Shown piece by piece: positions 51,801-60,305 of a stretch of 64,000 nt of DNA (positions are counted from its first letter, which is position 1; each line of letters begins with the position of its first letter). The DNA lies in NCBI GenBank assembly GCA_963750165.1, contig CAVVPN010000003.1, positions 2,944,001 to 3,008,000 of the forward strand. Reading direction: 5' to 3'. The translations under genes were made by a program, and so were the position numbers. Source of the DNA: an uncultured Gemmataceae bacterium. Its GTDB lineage: Bacteria; Planctomycetota; Planctomycetia; Gemmatales; Gemmataceae. The notes below the pieces were generated by a model. That model saw nothing but the letters and a program-made list of their open reading frames with translations, ran no database searches and had not been told where the DNA came from.

Positions 51801-52378
51801 GAGCGGTCGAGGATGGTCTGGGCCTGGTCGAGGAGGTTTTTGGCGACCTCGAACTTGACCATAAGTTGATCCTGCGGTTGGGTGAGCGCCTTGGCGGCGG
51901 CGGCGAGTTCACCGCCGGCGAGCTTGTAGTGTTCCTCGGCCTTGCGGGCGAGGTCGAGGATGCTGACGCGGTCCTCGGCGCGGTTGGCCTGGCTGAGCAG
52001 GGCCTGGCCCTCGTAGGTGGCGACGCGCGCCTTTTCCAGACGGGCCTGGGCGGCGGCCGGCGAGCCCTCATTGGCCCTGGCGTAATTCTCCAGCTCAACG
52101 CGGGCTTCCTCGAACAGCTTCTTGCGCTGCTCGGAGGCCATCTCGCGGGCCATGCTGATCTTGGTGCGGGCGACTTCCACGGGGATGAGCTTTTTCAGCG
52201 CGGCTGAGCCGGTCTTCTGGAGCTTGCTGAGGTACTCCAGGGCCAGCGGCGCCATGCGGCGTTCACGCAGTCTGCGAACGAACTCCAGTTGCGTCTGGTC
52301 GTCCTCGTCGGCGCGGGCGCTGGCGGCGCCCGCCAGGCCCAGCACGGTCAGCAGCAACAGAGAGAGGATGCGCTTCAT
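48875..52378 (-). CDS. Large secreted alpha-helical (TPR-like) hypothetical protein
   Basis: 1167-aa ORF with signal peptide, LEFVRRLRERR...LALEYL N-terminus and K/E/A-rich helical repeats. Confidence 0.8.
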   Translation of the reverse strand: MKRILSLLLLTVLGLAGAASARADEDDQTQLEFVRRLRERRMAPLALEYLSKLQKTGSAALKKLIPVEVARTKISMAREMASEQRKKLFEEARVELENYARANEGSPAAAQARLEKARVATYEGQALLSQANRAEDRVSILDLARKAEEHYKLAGGELAAAAKALTQPQDQLMVKFEVAKNLLDQAQTILDRSRQAESTRRALLLDEARKALEAIEKDAGKDEKAEALHLARAWLFRLYKGENLDTAKTKYYLNKVLNADAAEAASGQRLVKAYQIQHIMKDPDLKGTPHERVKMVQKEALDWLKIYRGQNNTADGIAVRFALASAYLAESNELKAEVAKASAKNPKAVKDKKKLATAEALADKALRWFTTIADSDNDFTEEATRYQIALNIRRMGEKTPVEQLKNADECFLKARFELYKSQETAAQLARVKDSDKRKELEEQKEEHENNVIKAFRRGIDMAEKDTTLKDRVKKIAEARYYLTYFYLLLNTPQASAAAAALGEKVARANVQTKFSAATAGYAVEAYTRLMSGDKAKAARKQFLAFADFLMTKRADLWKGEPVLQIVRYQQAMACLREKADVQNDLTESDPEKKYQKEVDWTKKAIKLFGKLDPSFRGYQYAQCQGAYAALLGMKNADKNLERDPKKIDPKKNAEKIKDRTYFKDEFEKIMQGLKGVSANTDAGTVQLYFSVQLEQGNMLFAEAASLLAEAKTKEAVAKYKALGQFTARMEKEYALAGKALNDDLRGNFQLAMTALDYRVRLGLGQVAYQESKYQEVLSPAIAQPVVAAVRQRGQAGAAAAARLAPPLAAAEKALAANKDAGKAEPLRERVEALRKQRDDAQAIVLRDDRVIANLLGLAMRADVQVGKVPEALDVLGLLLRVRPERGALDPVAPELEIFIRELREQVKTLKAARNEKKLAATVKNFSLFLDKLKEEQGRLNQKSDFIFLANSYASLGKHAEAVKYLEKVERPKIDHARKLDKLDKKELQELQRYWLMRVLYGTELRLNKDLKKAKEVLEGVQTDPQSMAKFLGQKELLHVEEDAGRFGNAVIGWRKFINRPELIKGMSDPGKTVAEQRRNKALYFECYYHLTYSTFMYGKLGAKTREKQEQWYKIAADYITRLENSPNREGWEVAGPRFLELIRAEPLLYERLPDLTKKYNIPKNFTK

Positions 52379-52453
52379 GATGCGGCTCGATCGGTAGGTT
52401 CGGGTTGTGGAACAGAAGGGGCCGGCGTCGCAGACGGGGCGGCACTTCGTTTC

Positions 52454-52481
52454 AGTATAAATGAACGGCGGAGGCGGTCAA
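52454..52481 (-). promoter_or_regulatory. Putative sigma70 promoter for the TPR operon
   Basis: Minus strand TTGACC-16 nt-TATACT, divergent from rnpB. Confidence 0.45.
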
Positions 52482-52537
52482 GCGTTTGGCGCGAACCGGC
52501 CGTGACCGCGGCACTGTCCTCATATATGATACACCAG

Positions 52538-52965
52538 TCCGCGGGCTGGCCGGACGGTCGTCGCCTGGTTCGCCAGGGGGAGGAAAGTCCGGGCTCCACA
52601 GGATGCGGTGGTGGGTAACGCCCACCGTCCGAGGCGGGCGCGGGAATGGTTCCGCGGTTGCCGAAGGACCGGGAAAGTGCAACAGAAAGATACCGCCGCG
52701 CCCGGTATAACGCCAGGCGCGGTAAGGGTGAAATGGTGGGGGGGCTTCGGCCTCTTAATGTAAGAGCCCACCAGCAGCCGGGTGACCGGCTGGCTCGGCA
52801 AACCCCACCGGGAGCAAGGCCAAATATGAGAGCAGGGCTGATCCGGCCCGTTACGACTCTCGGGTAGGCTGCTCGACTGTACGGGCAACCGTACGGCTAG
52901 AGAAATGACCGTCGCGGCGTCTTCGGACGCCGGCACAGAACCCGGCTTACAGGCCGGCCCGCGGA
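52538..52965 (+). ncRNA. rnpB: RNase P RNA (type A)
   Basis: Conserved GAGGAAAGTCCGGGCTCC, GGAAAGTGCAACAGAAA, GGGTGAAA..GTG, GGCAAACCCCACCGGGAGCAAG, ACAGAACCCGGCTTA. P1 pairing of 5' and 3' ends; TATGAT -10 at 52525-52530. Confidence 0.97.
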
Positions 52966-52984
52966 TACCTATCTTGCAGCTGGC

Positions 52985-53086
52985 GCGAGCGGGGTCGCGT
53001 TCAGCGCCCCGTGCATGGACCGCACGGGGCGCTGACGCGACCCCGCTCGCTGGACCGCACGGGGCGCTGCCGCGACCCCGCTCGCC
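52985..53086. repeat. REP-like palindrome (family A-related) with duplicated right arm
   Basis: GCGAGCGGGGTCGCGTTCAGCGCCCCGTGC left arm; 35-bp right arm present twice (53016-53050, 53051-53085). Confidence 0.8.
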
Positions 53087-53271
53087 ATCCTGTTCGGCAC
53101 ATCCCCCCCAGGCGTCACCCTCGGCACGCGATTCGATGAAGAATTGGGGCAGACAGGAGTGCTTGGCTTCAATGGCCCTGGCGGCGTGTATTAGAATCCA
53201 ACTTCGGGTGCCTCCCCCGGCGACGTTTCGACCGCAACGTTGCCTTCCCATCCACCCACAGGGGTACACCG

Positions 53272-53583
53272 ATGAACCAGCGACCCACCGATCCGCCGGC
53301 GATCCCTCCGACCCTCGTGTCCACGACCCGGACCGCACCGCAGCGGCGCACGCTGCCGCCGTACCGGGTGGTGCTGCTGAACAACGCCGCCCAGGACATG
53401 ATGTTCATCGTGCGCACAATCATGGAGTTGACGCGCCTGTGCCGGGCGGAGGCGACCCACAAGATGTGGGAGGCGCACCACTGCGGCCGCTCCACCCTGC
53501 TGGTCACGCACCGCGAGCGCGCCGAGCTGTTCTCCGAGCAGTTCGCCAGCAAGGGGCTGACGACGACGGTGGAACCCGCGTGA
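53272..53583 (+). CDS. clpS: ATP-dependent Clp protease adaptor ClpS family
   Basis: LPPYRVVLLN...M.FIV...EAT..MWEAH..GRS...ERAE...GL..TVEP. Confidence 0.8.
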   Translation: MNQRPTDPPAIPPTLVSTTRTAPQRRTLPPYRVVLLNNAAQDMMFIVRTIMELTRLCRAEATHKMWEAHHCGRSTLLVTHRERAELFSEQFASKGLTTTVEPA

Positions 53584-53589
53584 CTCCAG

Positions 53590-53747
53590 GGCGAGCGGCG
53601 CAGCGTTAGCCCGCCGTGTCTGGCGCTGGGCGGCGTTAGCCCGCCGTGTCTGGCGCCGCACGGCGTTAGGCCGCCGTGTCTGGCGTTGCACGGCGTTAGG
53701 CCACCGTGTCTGGCGTTGCACGGCGGGCTGACGCCGCGCCGCTCGCC
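53590..53747. repeat. REP family A element containing 4 x 30-bp tandem repeat
   Basis: Units at 53601, 53631, 53661 and 53691 (CGGCGTTAGsCCrCCGTGTCTGGCGyyGCA), flanked by family-A arms. Confidence 0.9.
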
Positions 53748-54388
53748 TAAATGTCGGTCTTGAGCAGGCAGTGCAGCAGGCACTCGATGGCCCGCGGCAG
53801 GTAATCGGGTTCGTCGTAAAGCGGGATGCCCAGCGGCAGCGTCAGGGTGTACGCCAGAGCGGTGCGGATCAGCTCCCAGGCACCGACCCGCGGGTCGAGG
53901 TTGCGGCGAAAGACGCCGGCCTGCTGCCCTTCGCTGATGATTTGCGCCAGCAGCGTTTCGCTGTCGAGGTAGAACGACCGCAGCGACGCGGCGATTTCCG
54001 GGTCGTCGGTCTCGAGCAGCGTGCGGTGCATGATGCGAAACTCCAGCGCGATCTCGCGCGTGGAGCCGAGATAGCCGTCCATGATGGCGTGCAGCTTCGC
54101 CAGCGGATCGGCCAGGCTGGCGGTGTCGGCGTGCCAGCGTTCGAGCGTGGCGGCGCGAATCTCGGCCAGCACTTCCAGAAACAGCGCTTTCTTGTTCTCG
54201 AAATGACGGTACAGCACCGGTTCGGTGACGCCGGCGGCGTCGGCGATTTTTTCGGTGGTCGTGTCCTGGTAGCCGAGCGTGACGAACAGCTGCTTGGCGT
54301 GCTGCAGCAGCTGGCGTTTGCGCTCGGCCTTGCGCATCCGTCCGGACGGCTTGCCCGGCTCGTCGCCGCGGCGTCGCGGGGCGGTCAT
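53747..54388 (-). CDS. TetR/AcrR family transcriptional regulator
   Basis: HTH LF...GY..TT.EKIADAAGVTEPVLYRHFENK. Confidence 0.92.
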   Translation of the reverse strand: MTAPRRRGDEPGKPSGRMRKAERKRQLLQHAKQLFVTLGYQDTTTEKIADAAGVTEPVLYRHFENKKALFLEVLAEIRAATLERWHADTASLADPLAKLHAIMDGYLGSTREIALEFRIMHRTLLETDDPEIAASLRSFYLDSETLLAQIISEGQQAGVFRRNLDPRVGAWELIRTALAYTLTLPLGIPLYDEPDYLPRAIECLLHCLLKTDI

Positions 54389-54839
54389 CGGTATCCTCAC
54401 CTGGAGCTTTCGGGAACAGAGGGGTGGCGAACGCCTATTCTAGCGGCGGCGGGCGGCGGCGTCCCTGCGGGGTTTTTGCATGGGCTGGAAGTCGCTGGCC
54501 CCGTTTACGTTTCGCGCGACCTTCAACGCGGCTTCGCTCCTTTTTGACGCCAGCCCGGCTCGGAACGTTTTGCGCCGGGCCATTTCGTTTCAGCCGAAAG
54601 GTTGGTGGGTAAGAGGGGCCGGGTGTCATTTCGTTTCGTTTTTGCTCAAAACGGTTTGAGGGGCTAAAAAGGAGCAAGGCCCGGATCGAGGCCCTCCTGT
54701 CCGCGGTCCTGGAGGCCCTGGCGGAGCATACTCGCGGAGTAAGCGGCGCTCGGGCGAATCGTCTTTGTTTCCGAACGCACTGGCGCGGTTCGCAGCCGCG
54801 TGGACCACAAACGGCAGGCCAGCGCTGCCAGGCGCCGCT

Positions 54840-55000
54840 TCTCGACGTGTGAAAAAGTTGGCGTTCTTGGCGTTCTTGGCGTCCTTGCTGTGGCAACCGC
54901 CGCCGGTGGTTGTCGCGCCGTGCCACCCCCACGGAGCCAGGGCGCCAAATCTCGACGTGTGAAAAAGTTGGCCCCCTTGGCCTCCTTGGCCCCCTTGCTG
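54840..55000. repeat. Two 51-bp direct repeats with internal 9-bp (CTTGGC) units
   Basis: TCTCGACGTGTGAAAAAGTTGGC(nnnCTTGGC)2nnnCTTGCTG at 54840 and 54950. Confidence 0.8.
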
Positions 55001-55093
55001 CGACAGCGCAGGCCCCTGCCGGTCAAGCTGTGCCCGCCGTCCCACCCCGTGCGCGATCCGCGTGCGAAACGGTCAGCTAGAGCGGTTCGCAGT

Positions 55094-55163
55094 TGGGTGT
55101 AGCGGAAGTCGCCAGACTTCCGTCCGGTGCTGCTCGGAAGTCTGGCGACTTCCGCTACACCCA
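55094..55163. repeat. GTAG-type REP doublet
   Basis: 29-bp perfect inverted repeat TGGGTGTAGCGGAAGTCGCCAGACTTCCG. Confidence 0.85.
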
Positions 55164-55182
55164 TTCGCAATCTGCAATAGCG

Positions 55183-56184
55183 TTACGCGCGCATTTCTTG
55201 AACGACGACTTTGCCATGCCCGGCGTGATAAAGGGTCGTCCAGTCCTCGCTGAAGGCGCTGTCGTGGGTGTGCATCGGCAGATTCATCTGGTGGAGGGTC
55301 GTGCGGTTGGTCATGTTGTGGAAGAGAATGAAACCGTTGCCGCCGCCGCCGATCGCGCAGAGCCAATGGTTGTCGGGGTGCCAGACGAGCTTGTTGAAGA
55401 GGCCCTGCTGATTGCCCTGGAATTCGTGGACCCGTTGTCGGCGCGACCAGTCATGCACCTCGACGCGCGACGGCCCGCTCAGGCCATCGACATTGCCGAT
55501 CTGCCCCACGCCGCCCACGGCAATCTGGGTGCCGTCCGGCGAGAACGCGAGTGAGCGAATCCCACCGATCGAGCGGATGCGCTGCACGCCGTCCCAGGTG
55601 TAGAGCGATGGCACTTCCACAGTCGAGAGTCGTTGGCCGGTCGCGACGTTCCAGATGCAGACGCGGCCGACGCGGTCACCGGTCGCCAGCTTCGTGCCGT
55701 CGTTGGAGAAGGCACAGCAATAAAGCATGGAGCTAAAGTGGGTGGGAGTGCGTGCCTCGTGGCCGCGCAGCTCGCGCAGGCGTTCCCCGGTCTGGAGGTT
55801 CCAGAGCCGGCACACCATGTCGTCGCCGACGGAGGCGAGTTGGCTGCCATCGGGGGACACGGCGAGCTGACGCACTTGCCGGGTGTGCGCGGCAATGGTG
55901 CGAATGGCCCGGTTGGTGCCGAGGTCCCACCAGATCAGACGATTGTCATAGCCGCCGGAGACGGCGATGTCGCCACGGAGGCGGACACACGTGACGTAGC
56001 GTCCATGATTGGCGAGTTCGCGTGCCGTCGGATTCATCTGGCCCGCGTCGATCTCGAAGACCTTCTGCTCTGAGCTGGCGAGCAGGAGGCGCGACGTGTT
56101 GGCCACGCGCGCGACGGAGAAATTGATGCCGGTGCGGTTGATCTGGCGAACGGTGCGCAGGGTGCGCGGGTCGGGGTTCGGCAT
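55183..56184 (-). CDS. WD40-repeat protein
   Basis: SGGYDNRLIWWD, AVSPDGSQLASVGDD..CRLWN, AFSNDGTKLATGD....IWN. Confidence 0.9.
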   Translation of the reverse strand: MPNPDPRTLRTVRQINRTGINFSVARVANTSRLLLASSEQKVFEIDAGQMNPTARELANHGRYVTCVRLRGDIAVSGGYDNRLIWWDLGTNRAIRTIAAHTRQVRQLAVSPDGSQLASVGDDMVCRLWNLQTGERLRELRGHEARTPTHFSSMLYCCAFSNDGTKLATGDRVGRVCIWNVATGQRLSTVEVPSLYTWDGVQRIRSIGGIRSLAFSPDGTQIAVGGVGQIGNVDGLSGPSRVEVHDWSRRQRVHEFQGNQQGLFNKLVWHPDNHWLCAIGGGGNGFILFHNMTNRTTLHQMNLPMHTHDSAFSEDWTTLYHAGHGKVVVQEMRA

Positions 56185-56215
56185 GGTGGGAATCTCAAAA
56201 ACAACTGGAGGAATT

Positions 56216-56309
56216 TAGCCACAGAGGACACAGAGGACACAGAGAAAAAAAGAGAAAGCAAGTGCGGTTTTTGTTTTCCTCTCTGTGTTCTCTGTGTCCT
56301 CTGTGGCTA
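56216..56309. repeat. CACAGAG-type inverted 9-bp-unit repeat element
   Basis: TAGCCACAGAGGACACAGAGGACACAGAG ... CTCTGTGTTCTCTGTGTCCTCTGTGGCTA. Confidence 0.8.
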
Positions 56310-56324
56310 TTTTTGTTAGCGTTC

Positions 56325-57629
56325 TTACGCCAGCACTTCGCGGATCGGTTCGGTGCCGGGGTCGGTGAGCGGGATGGGGCGAGCGCCCAGGTGATAGTTC
56401 TTGCGGTGGTTGATGCCGAGGGCGCGATAGATGGTCGCGAACAGCCGGGCCGCATTGATTTCGCCCTCGGCGACGTTCGCACCGGAAGCATTGCTGCGGC
56501 CATAGACCGACCCGCCGCGAATGCCGCAACCCGACAGGGTCGTGCTCCACGCCGAGGCGAAGTGGTCGCGGCCGACGGACGCATTGATCGCCGGCGTGCG
56601 GCCGAACTCGGAGAGCGTGATGACCAGCGTGTTGCGCAACAGACCGCGTTCGTCGAGATCGTCCAGCAGTGTCGCCATGACGTGATCGAGTTCGGGAACC
56701 AGTTCCTGGCACGATTCAAAGTTCTGGGCGTGCGTGTCCCACCACGCCCGACCCACGCGAACGAACGGCACGCCTGCCTCGCACAGCCGACGCGCCGCCA
56801 GGCACTGCCGGCCGAACAGCGTCGGGCCGTAGCGATCGCGCATGCGCTGGGGCTCCAGATCGATGTTAAACAACCGCTCATTGGCCATGATGCCCGACAC
56901 GCGGCGGTAAGCCTGATGATGGCTCTCCATTGCCGGGGAAGTGCGGCCGCGTTCAAACATATCGCTGAGCTGATTGCGCAGTTCGGCGCGTTCCGTGTGA
57001 TCCTGAACGCTGATGCCGGTGCGGCGAATATTCTCCGGCACCATTGACGTGGTCAGGTCCATCGAGCCGAAGCGCGCGCCCAGGAAGCCGGGGCTGCCGG
57101 GGGACATGTTGCGTCCTTCGGTCGCGGTGTAGAACGAGACGTAATCGGGAACCTGGCTGCCTGCGAGCCCCATTTCCCGGGCCAGCACGGCACCGAGATC
57201 GGGATAATCCACGCTCGGCTCGCCCATGCGGCCGCGCATCATGATGCGGGCGGCGCTGCCGTGATCGGCGTTGCGGGTGTTGAGCGAACGGATGATGCAG
57301 GTGTCCTTGAGTCGGCTCGCCATGCGCGGCATCAGTTCGCTGATGCGGATGCCGGGCGTCGAGGTCTGGATCGACTGGAACGGCCCGCCCGTTGGCACGC
57401 CGGGCTTGGGGTCGAAGGTCTCCAGCTGGCTGGCCCCGCCCGCGAGCCAGAGCATGATGACGCGCTTCTGATTGCGGCGCAACTCGTCGGCCACCTGAGG
57501 TGTGCCGAGCACCTGGATGGCGGTCATGTCGGCGAACGCCGCGCCCCCGGCCAGTGCCGCGAGCGAAGTCAGGAAGCCGCGCCGGCTGACGGCATGGTCG
57601 GACGAACCACAGAATTGCTTGCGAGACAT
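56325..57629 (-). CDS. DUF1501 domain protein (Tat-like SRRGFL signal)
   Basis: SRRGFL, WLAGGASQLETFDPKP, WWDTH, SEFGRTP.IN...GRDH. Confidence 0.93.
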   Translation of the reverse strand: MSRKQFCGSSDHAVSRRGFLTSLAALAGGAAFADMTAIQVLGTPQVADELRRNQKRVIMLWLAGGASQLETFDPKPGVPTGGPFQSIQTSTPGIRISELMPRMASRLKDTCIIRSLNTRNADHGSAARIMMRGRMGEPSVDYPDLGAVLAREMGLAGSQVPDYVSFYTATEGRNMSPGSPGFLGARFGSMDLTTSMVPENIRRTGISVQDHTERAELRNQLSDMFERGRTSPAMESHHQAYRRVSGIMANERLFNIDLEPQRMRDRYGPTLFGRQCLAARRLCEAGVPFVRVGRAWWDTHAQNFESCQELVPELDHVMATLLDDLDERGLLRNTLVITLSEFGRTPAINASVGRDHFASAWSTTLSGCGIRGGSVYGRSNASGANVAEGEINAARLFATIYRALGINHRKNYHLGARPIPLTDPGTEPIREVLA

Positions 57630-57831
57630 TGGTAGGAATCCCCCCGAGGTAGGTACTGACGATGTTAGCGTACCGCATGGGGCGGCGGAAGGCGAGCAAA
57701 ATAATTGGTCAAAGCGGGATTTCCTTGGGGGATGGTCGGATAGCCGCGCCGGTGTCTTGCTTGCTTTTGACAAGGGGTGGTAAGATACACCAGAACGAAG
57801 CCACTCCCCGAAACGAACGCCAGGAGGAACT

Positions 57832-58197
57832 GTGACTACCCGTAGCGCCGCCACGCCGCTGGCCCCGCCGTTGCCAACCGGCCTCCGGTTTACGGAGGAA
57901 GACCTCGACCTCCTCCTGGCAGCTTTGCCGGAAAAGGCCCGGGAGCGACAGGCGGACATCCGGCGCTTCTGGCGGGAATTACCACGCTTGCTCGACGAGG
58001 GCCATCAGGACCGGGTTGCCCTCCTTCACGACGGGGAACTGATTTCGCTGTGGGACTCCCTGGGGGATGCCACCCAGGCCGGCTACGACCGATTTGGCCC
58101 CGAGGGCCGGTTCCTGACTTCGCCGGTCAGCGCGCTGGAGTTCCTGCGGTTGCGCCAGTACCTGGCCCGACTACGGAGTCAACCGTGCCCCGGTTGA
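57832..58197 (+). CDS. Small hypothetical protein (DUF5678-like) coupled to aspartyl protease
   Basis: AGGAGG RBS before GTG. F.RELPRLL......VALLH.GE....WD...DA..AGY.RFG...FL pattern; overlaps the next start. Confidence 0.65.
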   Translation: MTTRSAATPLAPPLPTGLRFTEEDLDLLLAALPEKARERQADIRRFWRELPRLLDEGHQDRVALLHDGELISLWDSLGDATQAGYDRFGPEGRFLTSPVSALEFLRLRQYLARLRSQPCPG

Positions 58198-58631
58198 TCG
58201 GCCCACTCCAGGGCCAGGGCGCGATCGTTGACCTGCTCGTCGGTCTGGGCCTGGCTGATGCCCGGCAACTTCGCAACGCCCTGCGACCCATTCCCCAGGC
58301 TCGGCAACTCCTGGCGCTGGTTGACACCGGGGCAGATGCGACCTGCCTGGACCCTGTCGTCATCAACCAACTGGCATTGCCGATGGCTCACCTGAGCCTG
58401 GTCAACGTGCCGGCGATCATGGGCCTGGGGCTTGCCACCCAACATCGAGCCGGGGTAACGATCCTCCACCCCTCCGGCAACCCGGCCGATCACTTTGTCG
58501 TTGCGGAAATCCTCGTTTGTGAATTGCCCCTGCAATCCCTCGGCCTCGATGCCGTCGTGGGCCGTGATCTGCTCGACCGCTTGCGTTTCACCTACGATGG
58601 GCCCGGTCGGACCTTTACTCTGGATTACTGA
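58185..58631 (+). CDS. Clan AA (retropepsin-like) aspartyl protease
   Basis: ALVDTGADATCLD and VVGRDLL motifs; single-domain size. Confidence 0.85.
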   Translation: MPRLIGPLQGQGAIVDLLVGLGLADARQLRNALRPIPQARQLLALVDTGADATCLDPVVINQLALPMAHLSLVNVPAIMGLGLATQHRAGVTILHPSGNPADHFVVAEILVCELPLQSLGLDAVVGRDLLDRLRFTYDGPGRTFTLDY

Positions 58632-58694
58632 CAGGGCCGGGCCGAAGGTCTCCCCGCCTTCCAGTCCGGAGACCAGGCCACAACGAGCGGAATC

Positions 58695-60209
58695 CGGTGA
58701 GCGTCAGGTTCGTTGGTGGGACAAGTGATCAGTTGGGTGTGTATTGGCGGTTCCAGAAGGCCTCCCATTGGCCTTTCTCGCTACGGTACAAGGCGCGCAA
58801 ATGGCAGAGCGCGTCCGCACCGTCCTCGCCCCAGCGCATCCCCGCCAACTTGAGCCGTTGCCCCACGACGGTCTTGCAACCGCTCTCCACGGCGCCGCTG
58901 CCGATATTCCAGCCTTGCGCCAGGTACTCAGGGTACTTCATCCGGTGTGCCTGCCGCTCCAAATAATCGACCACGTCGGCGACGGCCTCAGCCATGCCGG
59001 CGCGGCGCGGCCAGGGGTCCTCGCGCAGCAGCGCCGCCAGCAGGGCACCCCCCTCCTCCTGGAGCAGCCGGCGCCACTGCCGCGCTTGCTCCTCGGCCGC
59101 GGCCTCGTCCTTGGGGTGCAGCACGCGCGCCAGGCCGGTGAGCCGTTCCGCGGGGTGGAAGAAGTCCAGGATGACCACCTCCACCCGGGGGAAGTTTTCT
59201 TCCAGCCGGTCCTCCAGGCCGTTGCCACCGTCGGTCAGGCCGATCCAGAGGTCGGCGCGGTCCATGCCGACTTGCCCCGCGGGCTTGCGCAGTAGCGGCC
59301 CGAACTCCGCCAGCGGGTACAGCCCGGCGCCATAACGGGTCCGCACCGGTTCGGGTTTCTCGTCCGGCCAGGGCCACTCGGGGGCGAGGTTGGCGACCAG
59401 GCCCACGTAGGCCATGCGGCCCTCGGCGGCGGCCCCGCCGGCCCCTTGCTGGCGCACGCCGGTGGCGTCCAACTCGACGTAGGCGCAGGTCCGGCCCTGG
59501 TAGTCCTTGTGCCAGGGCCAGGCGACCTTGGGCCCAAAGGTCCGGCCAGCCTGGACGTCTGCGGCCAACCGCTGGCCCGCGGCCTCGGTGGTCCGCTCGA
59601 CGGTGGATTCGCCCAGCCGGACGCCAGCCATTTCGTGGACGAGGTCGGCCCCTTTTTCAAAGCTGTCGGCGACCGTGCCGGCCAGGGTGGCCACGCGCTC
59701 CAGCCCCGGCGTCAGGTGCCGGGCGGTCAGCCCGGCCCGCTGGTCGAAGGGAAACAGGCCCTGGCCGCAACGGCGGCAGAGGTAGTAGGCGCGCCGGTAG
59801 CAGACCGGACCCACCAGGCTGGTTGGCCGGTGGGCCCGGTGGGAGTGGAACTCGGCGGCCCCGCCGCAATGGGGGCAGCTTACGCTGGCGCCCTCGTAGC
59901 CGTTTTTTTTGCGCCAGGTGCTGCTCCAAAGCCTTGGCGGCGATCTGGTGGGCGAGAGCCCGCAGCCGGAACTCCGTGGCACCGAAGACGTGCTCGTCGT
60001 CGGTCGCGAGCAAGGTGCGGGCGATCTCCTCAATGTCAGCGTCGGTGGCGTCGTGGATGGCTTGGGCGAGGGCCTGGGCCGGGGTGAGTTGCTCGGGCGG
60101 CAGCAGCGCGGATGACATAGAGGCCTCCGTGTCAGGGGGAATTTCCTACCGACGCATCAAAGCTGGCCTTTGTGTACAAAAATTCCACCAACTTTCAAGA
60201 CGCTCACCG
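58695..60209 (-). mobile_element. ISKra4-family insertion sequence (1515 bp)
   Basis: Imperfect terminal IRs CGGTGAGCGTC-N6-GTTGGTGG at both ends. 9-bp direct repeat AGCGGAATC at 58686-58694 and 60210-60218. Confidence 0.9.
58729..60118 (-). CDS. ISKra4-family DDE transposase expressed via -1 programmed frameshift
   Basis: orfA (60118, ...EQHLAQKK) joins orfB (KKNGYEG..CPHC..CRRC, LDATG, TDGG, LDFFH, GSGAVESGCK) at an A8C run (plus-strand T 59903-59910). Confidence 0.88.
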
Positions 60210-60305
60210 AGCGGAATCGAAGGCGGTGATTTTCTGTCGCTCCTGGCTGCCGGGCCTGGTAAGGTGTTTTCCAGCCCCCATTTCCTGGCCCCGAGGGTTG
60301 TCGCC

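Noticed and set aside
49454..52207. 917-aa plus-strand ORF and similar shadows (23064..25481, 578..2635, 9092..10912)
   Set aside because: Fully overlap well-supported genes on the opposite strand; composition typical of antisense frames.
52520..53338. ORFs overlapping rnpB and the REP element
   Set aside because: Region is explained by RNase P RNA and palindromic repeats.
53590..53747. Possible CRISPR array
   Set aside because: 30-bp units are head-to-tail with no unique spacers and no cas genes; it is an expanded REP-like element.
54840..55000. Possible mini-CRISPR (two repeats with spacer)
   Set aside because: Only two copies, internal 9-bp periodicity, degenerate 3' halves and no cas genes.
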